DNA of 64,000 nucleotides from Patescibacteria group bacterium (GTDB lineage: Bacteria > Patescibacteriota > Patescibacteriia > Magasanikbacterales > GWA2-37-8), in NCBI GenBank assembly GCA_041661385.1, contig JBAZUP010000001.1:704907-768906 (forward strand), read 5' to 3'. Positions within the stretch are counted from its first letter, which is position 1. Every line of letters begins with the position of its first letter. The notes below the pieces were generated by a model, which did no database searches, was not told where the DNA came from, and was given only the letters and a program-made list of their open reading frames with translations. Shown here piece after piece: positions 1 to 9,310 of this stretch. The translations under genes were made by a program, and so were the position numbers.

Positions 1-141
1 ATTATTTGCGACAATTTTATTATGCTTGGTTCTAAGCCAGCTGGTTTTGAACCGAACACTACTCCAATTTCTTCTGAGCGGTCTTCTGGTCCGGCCGAAG
101 TAATTGAAGAAGAAATTAAAGTTGAAGACATTCCATTTTAA
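1..141 (+). CDS. ssb: Single-stranded DNA-binding protein, C-terminal part (5' truncated by window)
   Basis: Frame 1 reads ...EEEIKVEDIPF*, the acidic SSB tail; directly upstream of rpsR. Confidence 0.85.
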   Translation: MICDNFIMLGSKPAGFEPNTTPISSERSSGPAEVIEEEIKVEDIPF

Positions 142-150
142 TTTATATCT

Positions 151-375
151 ATGGTAATGAAGAAAAACAATTTACCCAAAGCTTGTTACTACTGCGTGAA
201 CAATCGGTTAACAGTAGATTATAAAGATATTGGAACTTTGCGCCGCTTCGTATCTTCTTATATGAAGATCGCTCCGCGCCGACGCTCCGGACTTTGTGCC
301 AAGCACCAGCGCCAAGTTGCTCGCGAGATAAAAAAAGCTCGTCAGGCTTCTCTCATGGCTTATGTCAACCGATAA
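151..375 (+). CDS. rpsR: 30S ribosomal protein S18
   Basis: CYYC, VDYKD, GLCAKHQR, IKKAR motifs. Confidence 0.95.
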   Translation: MVMKKNNLPKACYYCVNNRLTVDYKDIGTLRRFVSSYMKIAPRRRSGLCAKHQRQVAREIKKARQASLMAYVNR

Positions 376-397
376 TCTGAAATAAATATCTATGAAA

Positions 398-430
398 GAG
401 CGTCACATCGGTTTGAAGTGGCGCTTTTTT
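398..430 (+). terminator. Probable intrinsic terminator after rpsR
   Basis: GAGCGTCAC/GTGGCGCTT stem followed by T-run. Confidence 0.6.
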
Positions 431-444
431 AAATAATAAATAGT

Positions 445-1485
445 ATGTCCACCTGGCAGGACCTAAAAAATAATGCGCGTCTGAGAAAGATTTACGAAGA
501 ACGCCTCTTGATCACAAAATGTGTTCGCGAATTTTTTTGGTCGCGCGGTTTTGTTGAAGCGGAAACATCAATATCCATGCGGCTTCCAGGCCAAGAGCCG
601 TATTTAAACCCGATAGCGATAAAATTAAATAATGCCGCAAGCGAAAGTCAGGATTTTCATCTTCGTACCTCACCGGAATACGCTTTGAAAAAATTATTAG
701 CATCAGGTTTTCAAAAAGTTTTTGAAATTGGCAAATGTTTTCGAAACAAGGAAGACTTTGGCGGTTCACATCAGCCGGAGTTTACCATGTTAGAGTGGTA
801 TCGCGCTCCGGGCACGCTCGCGGATATTATGGACGACACCGAAAAGTTGTTTAAAGAAGTGATGAAAAAAATTAATAAAAAAGAATTTACTTACCGAGAT
901 AAAAGAATTCCAGTTTTTGTAAACTGGGAGCGAGCGAGCATGAAAGAATTATTTCAAAAATATCTATCGGTAAATTTAGATGACTATCTTGAACCGAAGA
1001 ATATTTTTGAATTAGCAAAAAAATTGAATTACAATGTTGTTGAGGGTGAAGAGTATGAAAATATTTTCTTTAAAATATTTTTAAATGAAATTGAACCGAA
1101 GCTGGGAATTGAAAAACCAATTTTTGTTTACGACTACCCGGCACAGATGTGTTCACTGTCAAAACTTTCTGCTGACTCGCGTTATGCCGAGCGGTTTGAA
1201 TTGTATGTCGGCGGACTCGAAGTCGCGAATGCTTTTGGCGAGCTTACCGATCCGTCCGAGCAAAAAAAGCGCTTGGAAACAGATCGCGACTTGAGGCAGA
1301 AACTTGGCAAAGAAACCTGGCCGGTTGATGAAGATTTTACTCGCGCCCTCGGCGAACTTAAAAGCAGGGGGGCAGAGGCAGGGGGGGTTGCTTTAGGCCT
1401 AGATCGTATGGTAATATTGTGCACTGATGCGAGGGATATAACAGAAACGACTTTCAATTCTGTGAAGGATCAGCTGGATATTTAA
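445..1485 (+). CDS. epmA: EF-P lysine aminoacylase (EpmA/GenX/PoxA)
   Basis: LRTSPE, FRN..H.PEFTMLEWY, ERFELY, GVALGLDR; LysRS-like catalytic domain without anticodon domain; adjacent to efp. Confidence 0.9.
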   Translation: MSTWQDLKNNARLRKIYEERLLITKCVREFFWSRGFVEAETSISMRLPGQEPYLNPIAIKLNNAASESQDFHLRTSPEYALKKLLASGFQKVFEIGKCFRNKEDFGGSHQPEFTMLEWYRAPGTLADIMDDTEKLFKEVMKKINKKEFTYRDKRIPVFVNWERASMKELFQKYLSVNLDDYLEPKNIFELAKKLNYNVVEGEEYENIFFKIFLNEIEPKLGIEKPIFVYDYPAQMCSLSKLSADSRYAERFELYVGGLEVANAFGELTDPSEQKKRLETDRDLRQKLGKETWPVDEDFTRALGELKSRGAEAGGVALGLDRMVILCTDARDITETTFNSVKDQLDI

Positions 1486-1513
1486 GCTATTATTAGCAGA
1501 TTTACTCATTAAA

Positions 1514-1582
1514 ATCCCAATACCCAAAATCCAATGACCAAACGAACTATATATTTGGGAATTGAGAATTGGAGCTTGGTCA
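1514..1582. repeat. Inverted array of degenerate 7-mers (4x NNNCCAA / 4x TTGRNNN)
   Basis: ATCCCAA TACCCAA AATCCAA TGACCAA ... TTGGGAA TTGAGAA TTGGAGC TTGGTCA. Confidence 0.7.
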
Positions 1583-1591
1583 TTTTCATCT

Positions 1592-2152
1592 ATGTTATCA
1601 ACATCTGACATTCGAAAAAGAGCTGTAATTAAGCACAATGGCGACCTTTACAGCGTGGTAGAGTTCCAAAATGTGAACCCCGGCAAAGGGGCGGCTTTTA
1701 CTCGTACCCGCATGAAAAATCTGGGAAATGGCAAAGTAATGGAAATTACTTACAAATCTGGTGAAGCCGTGGACATTGTAAATGTGAATTTCTCAACAAT
1801 GCAGTATTTGTACAAATCCGGTGACAACTTTGCTTTCATGAATAATAGCACCTATGAACAGATTGAAATGAATGCCGATCTGATCGGTGATGATGCAAAA
1901 TATTTGAAAGAAGGCATCGAAGTAATTATCGGCACCTATGATGATATGCCAGTTAGTATTGAATTGCCGAAAAAAATTGTTTACAAAGTAAAAGAAGCGC
2001 CTCCAGCCGTAAAAGGTGACAGCGCCGGCGGTAATGTGACCAAAGAAATTATTTTGGAAAATGGCCTGGTGGTTCAAGCGCCGATATTTATAAAAGAAGG
2101 GGAAGATGTATTGGTTAATACCGAAACTGGAGAATATTCCGCCAGAGCATAA
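1592..2152 (+). CDS. efp: Elongation factor P
   Basis: NPGKG loop, PAVKGD, P.FI..GE...VNTETGEY..RA; ATG 1592 preferred over TTG 1562. Confidence 0.95.
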   Translation: MLSTSDIRKRAVIKHNGDLYSVVEFQNVNPGKGAAFTRTRMKNLGNGKVMEITYKSGEAVDIVNVNFSTMQYLYKSGDNFAFMNNSTYEQIEMNADLIGDDAKYLKEGIEVIIGTYDDMPVSIELPKKIVYKVKEAPPAVKGDSAGGNVTKEIILENGLVVQAPIFIKEGEDVLVNTETGEYSARA

Positions 2153-2171
2153 ATAAATTACAAATTATATT

Positions 2172-2198
2172 AAGCGCGGCCTCAGCCGCGCTTTTTTT
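2172..2198 (+). terminator. Intrinsic terminator after efp
   Basis: AAGCGCGGC-CTCA-GCCGCGCTT plus T-run. Confidence 0.85.
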
Positions 2199-2210
2199 AT
2201 TTATTTTTTT

Positions 2211-2630
2211 ATCTCGCTATCCCCGCCTGCAACGCTTTGCGTAGCAATGCGGGCAGGGCTCAATCAATTCAATCATTTCTCTATAATACTTATTTCCTTA
2301 GCCCTGCCGGCGGCATCACTTTTCATAACTGAAAAGTAATCAAAAGGTTCTGGGGGCCGGCAGAACTCGTCGCGCGAGCTCCTCAAACAGCTGGCGGCCC
2401 CCAAACCCCCGTTGGGTAATTGGTTGGACAACAACTGGTGACCGAGCCTTTGTGTAACGAGAGCGAAATGGCCGGCGAAATTAGATTTTTTCAATACGAT
2501 TATGCACCTTTGAAAAAATCGTTTTGATTTCGACAAGACATTTGCCGAGCGGAACAACTGCGAGGCAATTTTGGGGACACCCCTTTTGTTGCCAAAAGGG
2601 GTGTGAAAGAGTTTTGAGCGATAGCGAAAT
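2211..2630. repeat. Dispersed structured element, copy A (terminal inverted repeats, multiple hairpins)
   Basis: Homologous to 21659-21955; ends ATCTCGCTATC|GCTCAA and TTGAGCGATAGCGAAAT are inverted repeats. Confidence 0.75.
2222..2257. repeat. 36-nt REP-like imperfect palindrome nested in the left end of copy A
   Basis: CCCGCCTGCA...TGCGGGCAGG; absent at the equivalent position of copy B. Confidence 0.65.
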
Positions 2631-2700
2631 GTATTAATGAAAAAATATGTTAAATTTGTAATCTAGAAATTTATATTCATCTGTGCTAGTGTAAAATGGT

Positions 2701-3258
2701 ATGAAAGAACTGACCGATAATCAACTAATTACGGCATATCGCGAGGGTGATGGCAGTGCTTTTGAAAATTTGGTAAATAGGCATCTAAAATCTGTCTATT
2801 TTTATTGCGTCCGATTGGTCGGTAAAGACGAGGCGAATGACATGACTCAAGAGGTTTTTATTAAAGTTTGGAAACATCTCAATAAGTATGATGTTGAAAA
2901 AAATTTCAAAGTTTGGCTATTTCGAATTGCCCGCAATACCTGTCTCGATTATCTCCGTAAAAAACAACCGATGGTATTTTCGGATTTAAAAAAAGAAGAT
3001 GAAATGTCGGTTGAAGAAAATATTCCTGATCAGCGAAAAGGCGTAGAGGAAAAATTATTTGCTGCCGATCAAAAATCTGAACTTGATACGGCGCTTGCTA
3101 AATTATCAATACCAACTCAAGAAGTATTTGAGTTGTTTTATCGAGATGAATTAACTTTTAATGAAATAGCGGAAACTCTTAAACTATCCGTAAATACGAT
3201 AAAAAGCCGACACCGTCGGGGTATCGTTGAGCTCCAAAAAATATTAAAAGGTCAGTAA
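2701..3258 (+). CDS. ECF RNA polymerase sigma-70 factor
   Basis: DMTQEVFIK, FKVWLFRIARN, region 4 EIAETLKLSVNTIKSR. Confidence 0.9.
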   Translation: MKELTDNQLITAYREGDGSAFENLVNRHLKSVYFYCVRLVGKDEANDMTQEVFIKVWKHLNKYDVEKNFKVWLFRIARNTCLDYLRKKQPMVFSDLKKEDEMSVEENIPDQRKGVEEKLFAADQKSELDTALAKLSIPTQEVFELFYRDELTFNEIAETLKLSVNTIKSRHRRGIVELQKILKGQ

Positions 3259-3260
3259 AT

Positions 3261-3286
3261 GCACCAAAATTGCCGACTGTTGCGTA
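3261..3286 (+). promoter_or_regulatory. Putative ECF-type promoter (GCACC-N17-CGTA)
   Basis: Directly after the sigma stop codon; CGTA -10 is typical of ECF promoters. Confidence 0.45.
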
Positions 3287-3302
3287 TTATTAATATATAA
3301 AT

Positions 3303-3737
3303 ATGAACCTCGACGAACATCTAAAAAATAGCTATTCACAGGCCCTTTTGACCGAGGTTGATTTAGAAGCGACTAGATCTAAAATTATGATACAGGTTAG
3401 CCGGCTTAACAAGCGCCGCATACTCATTCGCTCCGGTTTTTGGAGTGTGTTTACCTTTGTTTCTACCCTAGGTCTCGTTACTAGCAGTATTGGGTTTTAT
3501 CAACAGTTTATTGGTTCTGGAGCCCGCGAACTTATCGTAGTTGCTATTACAGACACCAGTGTTATTCTGCAGAACGGCACGGCCTTTTTTTATTCTCTCG
3601 CCGAATCCATGCCGGTCGGAAATATTGCCGGAACGCTTGCCGCGACCGCCGCTTTTTTATATTCTTTACAACATTTATCAGAATTATTAATGAATAATTT
3701 ATCAAAAAAAATATATGGACACAAACCAACAAATTAA
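3303..3737 (+). CDS. Membrane protein, putative anti-sigma factor
   Basis: Follows ECF sigma; short soluble N-terminus and hydrophobic segments. Confidence 0.55.
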   Translation: MNLDEHLKNSYSQALLTEVDLEATRSKIMIQVSRLNKRRILIRSGFWSVFTFVSTLGLVTSSIGFYQQFIGSGARELIVVAITDTSVILQNGTAFFYSLAESMPVGNIAGTLAATAAFLYSLQHLSELLMNNLSKKIYGHKPTN

Positions 3738-4185
3738 ATCAAAAATGTTGAAGTGGGTTATTTTCGGTATTGCTGAGCTCGCGCTAGTGGCAATTGTTTT
3801 TCGTACTGGCATGATGGTTGGTTTTGCAAAAGCAAACTTTAATTTTAGCTGGGGAGAACAATATCATAATATGTTCGGCGGTCCGCGCGGAGGTTGGATT
3901 GGCGGTCGTGGTGGCATGATGGGCGGCGCCTTTGATCGGGATGATTTTTCCCCAGGGCACAACGTGGTCGGATCGGTAATAAAAGTTTCTTCTTCAACTA
4001 TAATTGTAAAAGGGGCAGACAACACAGAAAAATTATTATCAATTTCAGAGGGAACAACGATTAGAAAAGGCGGAACGAATATTAAAATTTCTGAATTAAA
4101 AGAAAATGATCGAATAGTTGCAATTGGTTCGCCAAGTACTACCGGTCAGATTGAGGCAAGTTTCATCCGTGTCTTTCAGCCATAA
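3715..4185 (+). CDS. Membrane-anchored protein with DUF5666-like OB domain
   Basis: N-terminal TM, Gly-rich linker, G.V.KV...I.VKG...T.I.....LK..D.I.A.G.....I.A..I pattern. Confidence 0.6.
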   Translation: MDTNQQIKSKMLKWVIFGIAELALVAIVFRTGMMVGFAKANFNFSWGEQYHNMFGGPRGGWIGGRGGMMGGAFDRDDFSPGHNVVGSVIKVSSSTIIVKGADNTEKLLSISEGTTIRKGGTNIKISELKENDRIVAIGSPSTTGQIEASFIRVFQP

Positions 4186-4188
4186 TTT

Positions 4189-5889
4189 ATGAACATTGTT
4201 CAGAGAGTGAAAAAACATCCATACTATACAGCCGCAATTGCAATTACTTTGGTTGGCGGCGGGTGGTATTGGTATAGCCATCGAACGGTTGCGACTATTA
4301 CGCAATATGTAACAGCGACAGTTGAAAAACAAACCATAATTTCTACTGTTAGCGGCAGTGGCCAGGTCAGCACTCTGAAAAGATTAGATTTAAAACCTCA
4401 AACCAGCGGGACTACGAATCAGGTAACCCTTACTTCGATGAATGTTGTTCCCGGTCAAATTGTAAAAGCCGGCCAAGTTATAGCAGTTATAGATAATACT
4501 AGTGCGATGGTTTCGCTCGAACAAGCGCAAGCATCTCTTATTAGTGCGGAAGCGAATTATAAAAAAATATTAGGCGGGACAACTGAAACAGATTTAAAAA
4601 ATGCCAGGCAAGATGTAATTTCCGCTGAGTCGGCTTTGCAAAATGCTAAAACAAGTTTAGATACAGTAACCCAACAGCAAAATACGGCGGTAGCCAATTC
4701 TTACCGCAGTCTTTTGACAAGCGGAATAGCGGCGACTCAATCGCTATGGTCATATACTTCTACGAATGTAACTGAAAGCGACAAGCCGACCATTACCGGT
4801 TCGTACGCGCTTACCGCGTCCGGTACTTTGCAAATTTTTCAACAGGGTGCTTATTTTTATGCTTCCGGAATAGAAACTATTCCAATGCAAAAAATTGATA
4901 CCCGTATTCCGGTTGCGCTTGGTACAACCGGGCTGTATGTTCAGTTTCCAAATGATGCGATTTCTGCCGAATGGGATATTCAAATTCCCAATCCTCAAGC
5001 TAGTAGCTACGTTTCAAATTTAATTTCTTATCAGTCTGCGCTTCTTTCTCAAAAACAGGCTCTTAGTAATGCGCAAAATGCGATTATCACCGCTCAGACG
5101 AATCTTCAAAAAGCACAAGATAATCTTGCTTTGAAAGAACAGCCGCCGGAAGATAGTAGTGTCGCAACCGCGCGAGCCCAGCTTATTAACGCGCAATCGC
5201 AACTGCGAACCGCGCAAAGTAATTATAGTAATACCAGAATAACCGCACCTTTCGCCGGTCAAATTGCCGCTGTAAATTCCCAGCAAGGTGATCAGGTTTC
5301 TGGCTCTACTGTAATCGCGACCCTTATCACCGAACAAAAAATTGTCACCGTCAGTTTAAATGAAGTCGATGCTGCCAAGGTAAAAGTCGGCAATCCGGTT
5401 ACTCTTACCTTTGATGCAATACCAAGTCTTACTTTGACCGGCAAGGTTTCACAAATTGATCTCCTCGGCACAGTAGCTCAAGGGGTAGTTAATTATTCTG
5501 TTCAAATTTCATTTGATACTCAAGATGATCGAGTTCGGCCCAGTATGAGTGCGGCCGCCGCCATTATTACCGAAACCAAAACCGATGTGCTCGCCGTACC
5601 AATTTCTGCAATCAAATCAAACGGCAGCGGCTCTTATGTCGATGTTATTGAAGATAGTAATATTGCTACTAAAAACGGAACGACTGTAACTTTAAAAACC
5701 AGCCCCAAACAGCAAACCGTTCAAGTCGGAGCTTCTGATAATTCATTCACGGAAATAATCAGCGGTCTTACCGAAGGTGAGACAATTGTCTCAAGAACTA
5801 TCACTCAGGCAGCAGCTGCCTCTTCTGCTTCGTCGCTTAGAATTCCAGGTATAACCGGTGGCGGGGGCGGAAATTTCCGCGGAAATTAA
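4189..5889 (+). CDS. Efflux membrane-fusion/adaptor protein (MacA-like)
   Basis: N-terminal TM, lipoyl half-motifs (V.PGQ.VKAGQ, ITAPFAG), long coiled coil, GLTEGE. Confidence 0.85.
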   Translation: MNIVQRVKKHPYYTAAIAITLVGGGWYWYSHRTVATITQYVTATVEKQTIISTVSGSGQVSTLKRLDLKPQTSGTTNQVTLTSMNVVPGQIVKAGQVIAVIDNTSAMVSLEQAQASLISAEANYKKILGGTTETDLKNARQDVISAESALQNAKTSLDTVTQQQNTAVANSYRSLLTSGIAATQSLWSYTSTNVTESDKPTITGSYALTASGTLQIFQQGAYFYASGIETIPMQKIDTRIPVALGTTGLYVQFPNDAISAEWDIQIPNPQASSYVSNLISYQSALLSQKQALSNAQNAIITAQTNLQKAQDNLALKEQPPEDSSVATARAQLINAQSQLRTAQSNYSNTRITAPFAGQIAAVNSQQGDQVSGSTVIATLITEQKIVTVSLNEVDAAKVKVGNPVTLTFDAIPSLTLTGKVSQIDLLGTVAQGVVNYSVQISFDTQDDRVRPSMSAAAAIITETKTDVLAVPISAIKSNGSGSYVDVIEDSNIATKNGTTVTLKTSPKQQTVQVGASDNSFTEIISGLTEGETIVSRTITQAAAASSASSLRIPGITGGGGGNFRGN

Positions 5890-5912
5890 TATTATAGGGG
5901 TGTCGCTAATGT

Positions 5913-6614
5913 ATGATTGAAGTAAAGAATATTGGAAAAACGTATAAAACTGGTGATATTGAATATCAAGCCTTAAAAGGCATTAGCCTCACTATAAAAG
6001 ATGGCGAGTTTCTCGCAATCATGGGCCCCTCTGGGTCCGGCAAATCAACGCTCATGCATATTCTTGGCGCTCTTGATAAACCATCATCCGGAAATTATAT
6101 TTTGGATGGAAAGGATGTCTCAGAATATAGTGAAGATGAACTTGCAAGAATTAGAAAACAAAAAATAGGTTTTGTTTTTCAATCTTTCAATTTATTACCG
6201 CGAACTACCGTACTTCGAAACGTAATGTTGCCGCTCATTTATGCCGGTGTGCCGAAGGGTGAGCGGGAAGAGCGAGCAAAGATGGCGCTAAAAGCCGCCA
6301 GTTTTGAAGAGTCACATTTTTTAAATTTATCTAATCAGCTTTCAGGCGGACAGATTCAGCGCGTTGCCATTGCTAGAGCGCTAGTAAATAATCCGTCATT
6401 AATTTTAGCGGACGAACCGACCGGCAACCTCGATACCAAAACCGGTGAAATTGTTCTCGGCACTTTTCAAAAATTAAACAGTGAAGGACACACGATTGTT
6501 CTAATTACCCATGAGAGAGATGTGGCAGAGCATGCGAGGCGAATTGTATTTTTGCGCGATGGTGTGGTTTTAAGTGATGAACTGAATAAAAATCAGGTAA
6601 TGGCTAAGACGTAA
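5913..6614 (+). CDS. ABC transporter ATP-binding protein (MacB/LolD family)
   Basis: GPSGSGKST, LSGGQ, ILADEPTGNLD. Confidence 0.95.
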   Translation: MIEVKNIGKTYKTGDIEYQALKGISLTIKDGEFLAIMGPSGSGKSTLMHILGALDKPSSGNYILDGKDVSEYSEDELARIRKQKIGFVFQSFNLLPRTTVLRNVMLPLIYAGVPKGEREERAKMALKAASFEESHFLNLSNQLSGGQIQRVAIARALVNNPSLILADEPTGNLDTKTGEIVLGTFQKLNSEGHTIVLITHERDVAEHARRIVFLRDGVVLSDELNKNQVMAKT

Positions 6615-6623
6615 AACTATATT

Positions 6624-7853
6624 ATGATGAAAACCGTTGATTTAATTGAAGAAATTTATTGGGGGCTTTCCGCCAACAAGGTCCGGTCTTTTTTAACTAT
6701 TCTCGGTATTGTTATCGGCATTGCTTCGGTAATTGCCCTGCAGGCGATTGGTGCCGGGGCCAAAGGTACCATTGAAGCTAGTATCCAATCGGTAGGATCA
6801 AATTTATTATTTGTTACACCGGGCGCTCAGCGCGGTGTTGGAGTTTCAATAAACGCCGGCCGAGGTTCGTCACAAACTTTAACGAATGAGGATGCTGCAG
6901 CAATTGCTAGCAGTATAAATGGAGTTAAGGCGGTTGTGTCGGAAAAATCTGCCCGCTATCAAGTCAAAGCGGGTGGCCTGAATACAAATACCTCGATTAT
7001 TGGTACAACTTCCGCCTATCCGGGTGTTCGCAATATTCAAATTGATACGGGAACATTTATCAGCGATCAGCAGCAGCAATCGAGCCAGCGGGTCGCGGTA
7101 CTAGGGCCGACCGCCATGGCCGATTTATTCGGTTCGAGCACCACAAATATTATTGGGAAAACCGTAACAATAAAAAACATGCCGTTTATTGTTATTGGTA
7201 CAACGGTGGCAAAAGGCGGTTCCGGTTTCAGCAATTCTGATGACGCAATATATGTTCCTCTATCTACTGCTCAAAAATTTTTAGCTGGTGACGATTTTCT
7301 GGGTACCATTGATGTTCAGGCGGAAGATGCCTCACAAATGACAAACATTAAAAATGATATTACATCTTTATTGCTCGCTCGCCATAAAATTACCGGCACA
7401 AAAACCGCAGATTTTAGTGTGATGAGTCAAACTGATATTCTTGCTACTGCTTCCAGCATTACCGACACCCTAACTTCACTACTCGCCGCTATCGCTGGCA
7501 TATCGCTTTTGGTTGGGGGTATTGGAATTATGAACATGATGTTAACGACCGTAACCGAACGCACTAAAGAAATTGGTCTTCGGCAGGCAATTGGTGCAGA
7601 AAAAGCTGATATTAGCAGACAGTTTTTATTGGAAGCTGTGACGCTCACATTTATTGGCGGAGCGGTCGGAACATTTATCGGTTATCTCGCTTCACTTATC
7701 ATCAGTAAATTTATAAATGTGGCGGGAACGATTACTTTATCTTCAGTCATGCTCGCAATTGGCGTTTCGGCCGGCATCGGAATTGTGTTCGGTTATTATC
7801 CGGCCCGACGTGCGGCAAAACTCAACCCGATTGAAGCGTTAAGATTTGAATGA
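6624..7853 (+). CDS. ABC transporter permease (MacB/FtsX family)
   Basis: RSFLTILGIVIG, GGIGIMNMML.TVTERTKEIG, PARRAAKLNPIEALR. Confidence 0.95.
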   Translation: MMKTVDLIEEIYWGLSANKVRSFLTILGIVIGIASVIALQAIGAGAKGTIEASIQSVGSNLLFVTPGAQRGVGVSINAGRGSSQTLTNEDAAAIASSINGVKAVVSEKSARYQVKAGGLNTNTSIIGTTSAYPGVRNIQIDTGTFISDQQQQSSQRVAVLGPTAMADLFGSSTTNIIGKTVTIKNMPFIVIGTTVAKGGSGFSNSDDAIYVPLSTAQKFLAGDDFLGTIDVQAEDASQMTNIKNDITSLLLARHKITGTKTADFSVMSQTDILATASSITDTLTSLLAAIAGISLLVGGIGIMNMMLTTVTERTKEIGLRQAIGAEKADISRQFLLEAVTLTFIGGAVGTFIGYLASLIISKFINVAGTITLSSVMLAIGVSAGIGIVFGYYPARRAAKLNPIEALRFE

Positions 7854-7881
7854 TATAATTAATAAATAATTAAAATAATTT

Positions 7882-8316
7882 ATGAATAGCAAAATTTTAG
7901 GAGGAATATCCGTCGTTTTAATTGGCGCCGCTTTTTATGGCGGTATGATGTACGGAAAAAGTACCGCGACTGCGGCAGCACTTGCTAACCGCAGAAATTT
8001 TCAAGGCGGTAACCAGCAGGGCGGAGGCAGAACAAATGTTGGAAATGCCGGCGTAAATATTACCGGTGAAATCTTGTCAAAAACCGATAATACTTTAACG
8101 ATAAAATTGCGTGATGGCGGTTCAAAGATAGTTGTATTTTCCAGTTCGACACCAGTACGAATGTTTTCTGAGGCATCACGCGATCAAATAGAAGTAGGAA
8201 AAAATATTACCGCGCTTGGGACAGCTAACAGCGACGGATCAATTACCGCGCAGAGTATTCAATTGCGCGAAGTATCATCTACACCCGCCGGTTTTCAGGG
8301 CGGCTCGCCAAGATAA
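7882..8316 (+). CDS. Membrane-anchored DUF5666-like protein
   Basis: TM, GEILSK...LTIKL.DGGSKIV, G..NSDGSITAQSIQ. Confidence 0.6.
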   Translation: MNSKILGGISVVLIGAAFYGGMMYGKSTATAAALANRRNFQGGNQQGGGRTNVGNAGVNITGEILSKTDNTLTIKLRDGGSKIVVFSSSTPVRMFSEASRDQIEVGKNITALGTANSDGSITAQSIQLREVSSTPAGFQGGSPR

Positions 8317-8326
8317 AAAAATAATC

Positions 8327-8358
8327 AATCCCACCAGCAGTAACTGGTGGGATTTTTT
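8327..8358 (+). terminator. Intrinsic terminator
   Basis: AATCCCACCAG/CTGGTGGGATT plus T-run. Confidence 0.8.
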
Positions 8359-8360
8359 AT

Positions 8361-8412
8361 TTGACAAAATACTTAAAAAGCGGTATTTTACAGATGCAAC
8401 TGAGTTGCATCT
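8361..8412 (+). promoter_or_regulatory. Sigma-70 promoter with adjacent Zur/Fur-type operator
   Basis: TTGACA-N17-TATTTT, then palindrome AGATGCAAC-TGA-GTTGCATCT (8392-8412) before znuA. Confidence 0.75.
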
Positions 8413-8419
8413 AGGTTCT

Positions 8420-9310
8420 ATGAATAACAAGGTTCAGCGAATAATTATTATTTTATTCATTATCGGCGTAGCCGCCCTAATTTTATATTGGCCAAAAAAA
8501 GTTGCCAAATTACCTAGGACAGGCGGTCCGGTTGTTACAACTTCGTTTTATCCAATATTTTTCTTAACTAAAGAAATCATGGGTAGCCGCGGCAGTGTTT
8601 ATAATATTACTCCGGCCGGTGCAGAGCCTCATGATTATGAACTTACCACCAAAGATCGAATGATGCTTGAGAATAGCGATTTGCTTGTTATAAACGGTGG
8701 CAATTTTGAACCGTGGGGCAAAGGCATAGAGGCGCTATTGCCTAAAGTTAAAGTGTTGCGCGCGGGTCAGCAGCTGATGATTGAAAACGATCCTCATGTT
8801 TGGCTTGATCCAATAATGCTCGCGATGGAAGCCGAATCGATAACAGAAATGTTGAAAATTGTTGATCCGGCTGGAACAGAAGTTTATTCAGTTAATTTTG
8901 CGAAACTCCTGAAGCAAATATATTTAATGGATGAATCGTTTAGGAGCGGTCTTAGCCTTTGTGAAAAAAAAGATATTGTCACTGCTCACGCCGCTTTCGC
9001 TTATCTGGCGCGGCGTTATGGGTTTAATCAAATTTCTATTGCCGGACTTTCGCCCGATGCCGAACCAAGTCCGCAGACACTTGCGGAAGTTACAAAATTT
9101 GCCAAAGCAAATGGGATAAAGTATATTTTCTTTGAGAAGCTAGTCAGTCCGAAACTAGCCGAAACAGTAGCGCGGGAGGTGGGCGCGCAAACGCTGGTTT
9201 TGAATCCCTTAGAGGGGCTAAGCGAAAGCGAACTTTCTGCCGGAAATAATTTTTTTACGGAAATGAAAAATAATCTGAATAATTTAAAAACTGCCCTGGT
9301 ATGCCAGTAA
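8420..9310 (+). CDS. znuA: Zinc ABC transporter substrate-binding protein
   Basis: EPHDYE, DPHVWLDP, HAAFAY, LNPLEGL; ATG 8420 lies after the operator. Confidence 0.9.
   Translation: MNNKVQRIIIILFIIGVAALILYWPKKVAKLPRTGGPVVTTSFYPIFFLTKEIMGSRGSVYNITPAGAEPHDYELTTKDRMMLENSDLLVINGGNFEPWGKGIEALLPKVKVLRAGQQLMIENDPHVWLDPIMLAMEAESITEMLKIVDPAGTEVYSVNFAKLLKQIYLMDESFRSGLSLCEKKDIVTAHAAFAYLARRYGFNQISIAGLSPDAEPSPQTLAEVTKFAKANGIKYIFFEKLVSPKLAETVAREVGAQTLVLNPLEGLSESELSAGNNFFTEMKNNLNNLKTALVCQ

Noticed and set aside
2273-2557. Short ORFs here and at 21672-21916 sharing PNGGLG-like peptides
   Set aside because: The similarity comes from the non-coding repeat; reading frames are not conserved between copies
8216-8419. 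N-terminal extension of znuA in the ORF track
   Set aside because: Spans a terminator, promoter and operator; ATG 8420 is the plausible start
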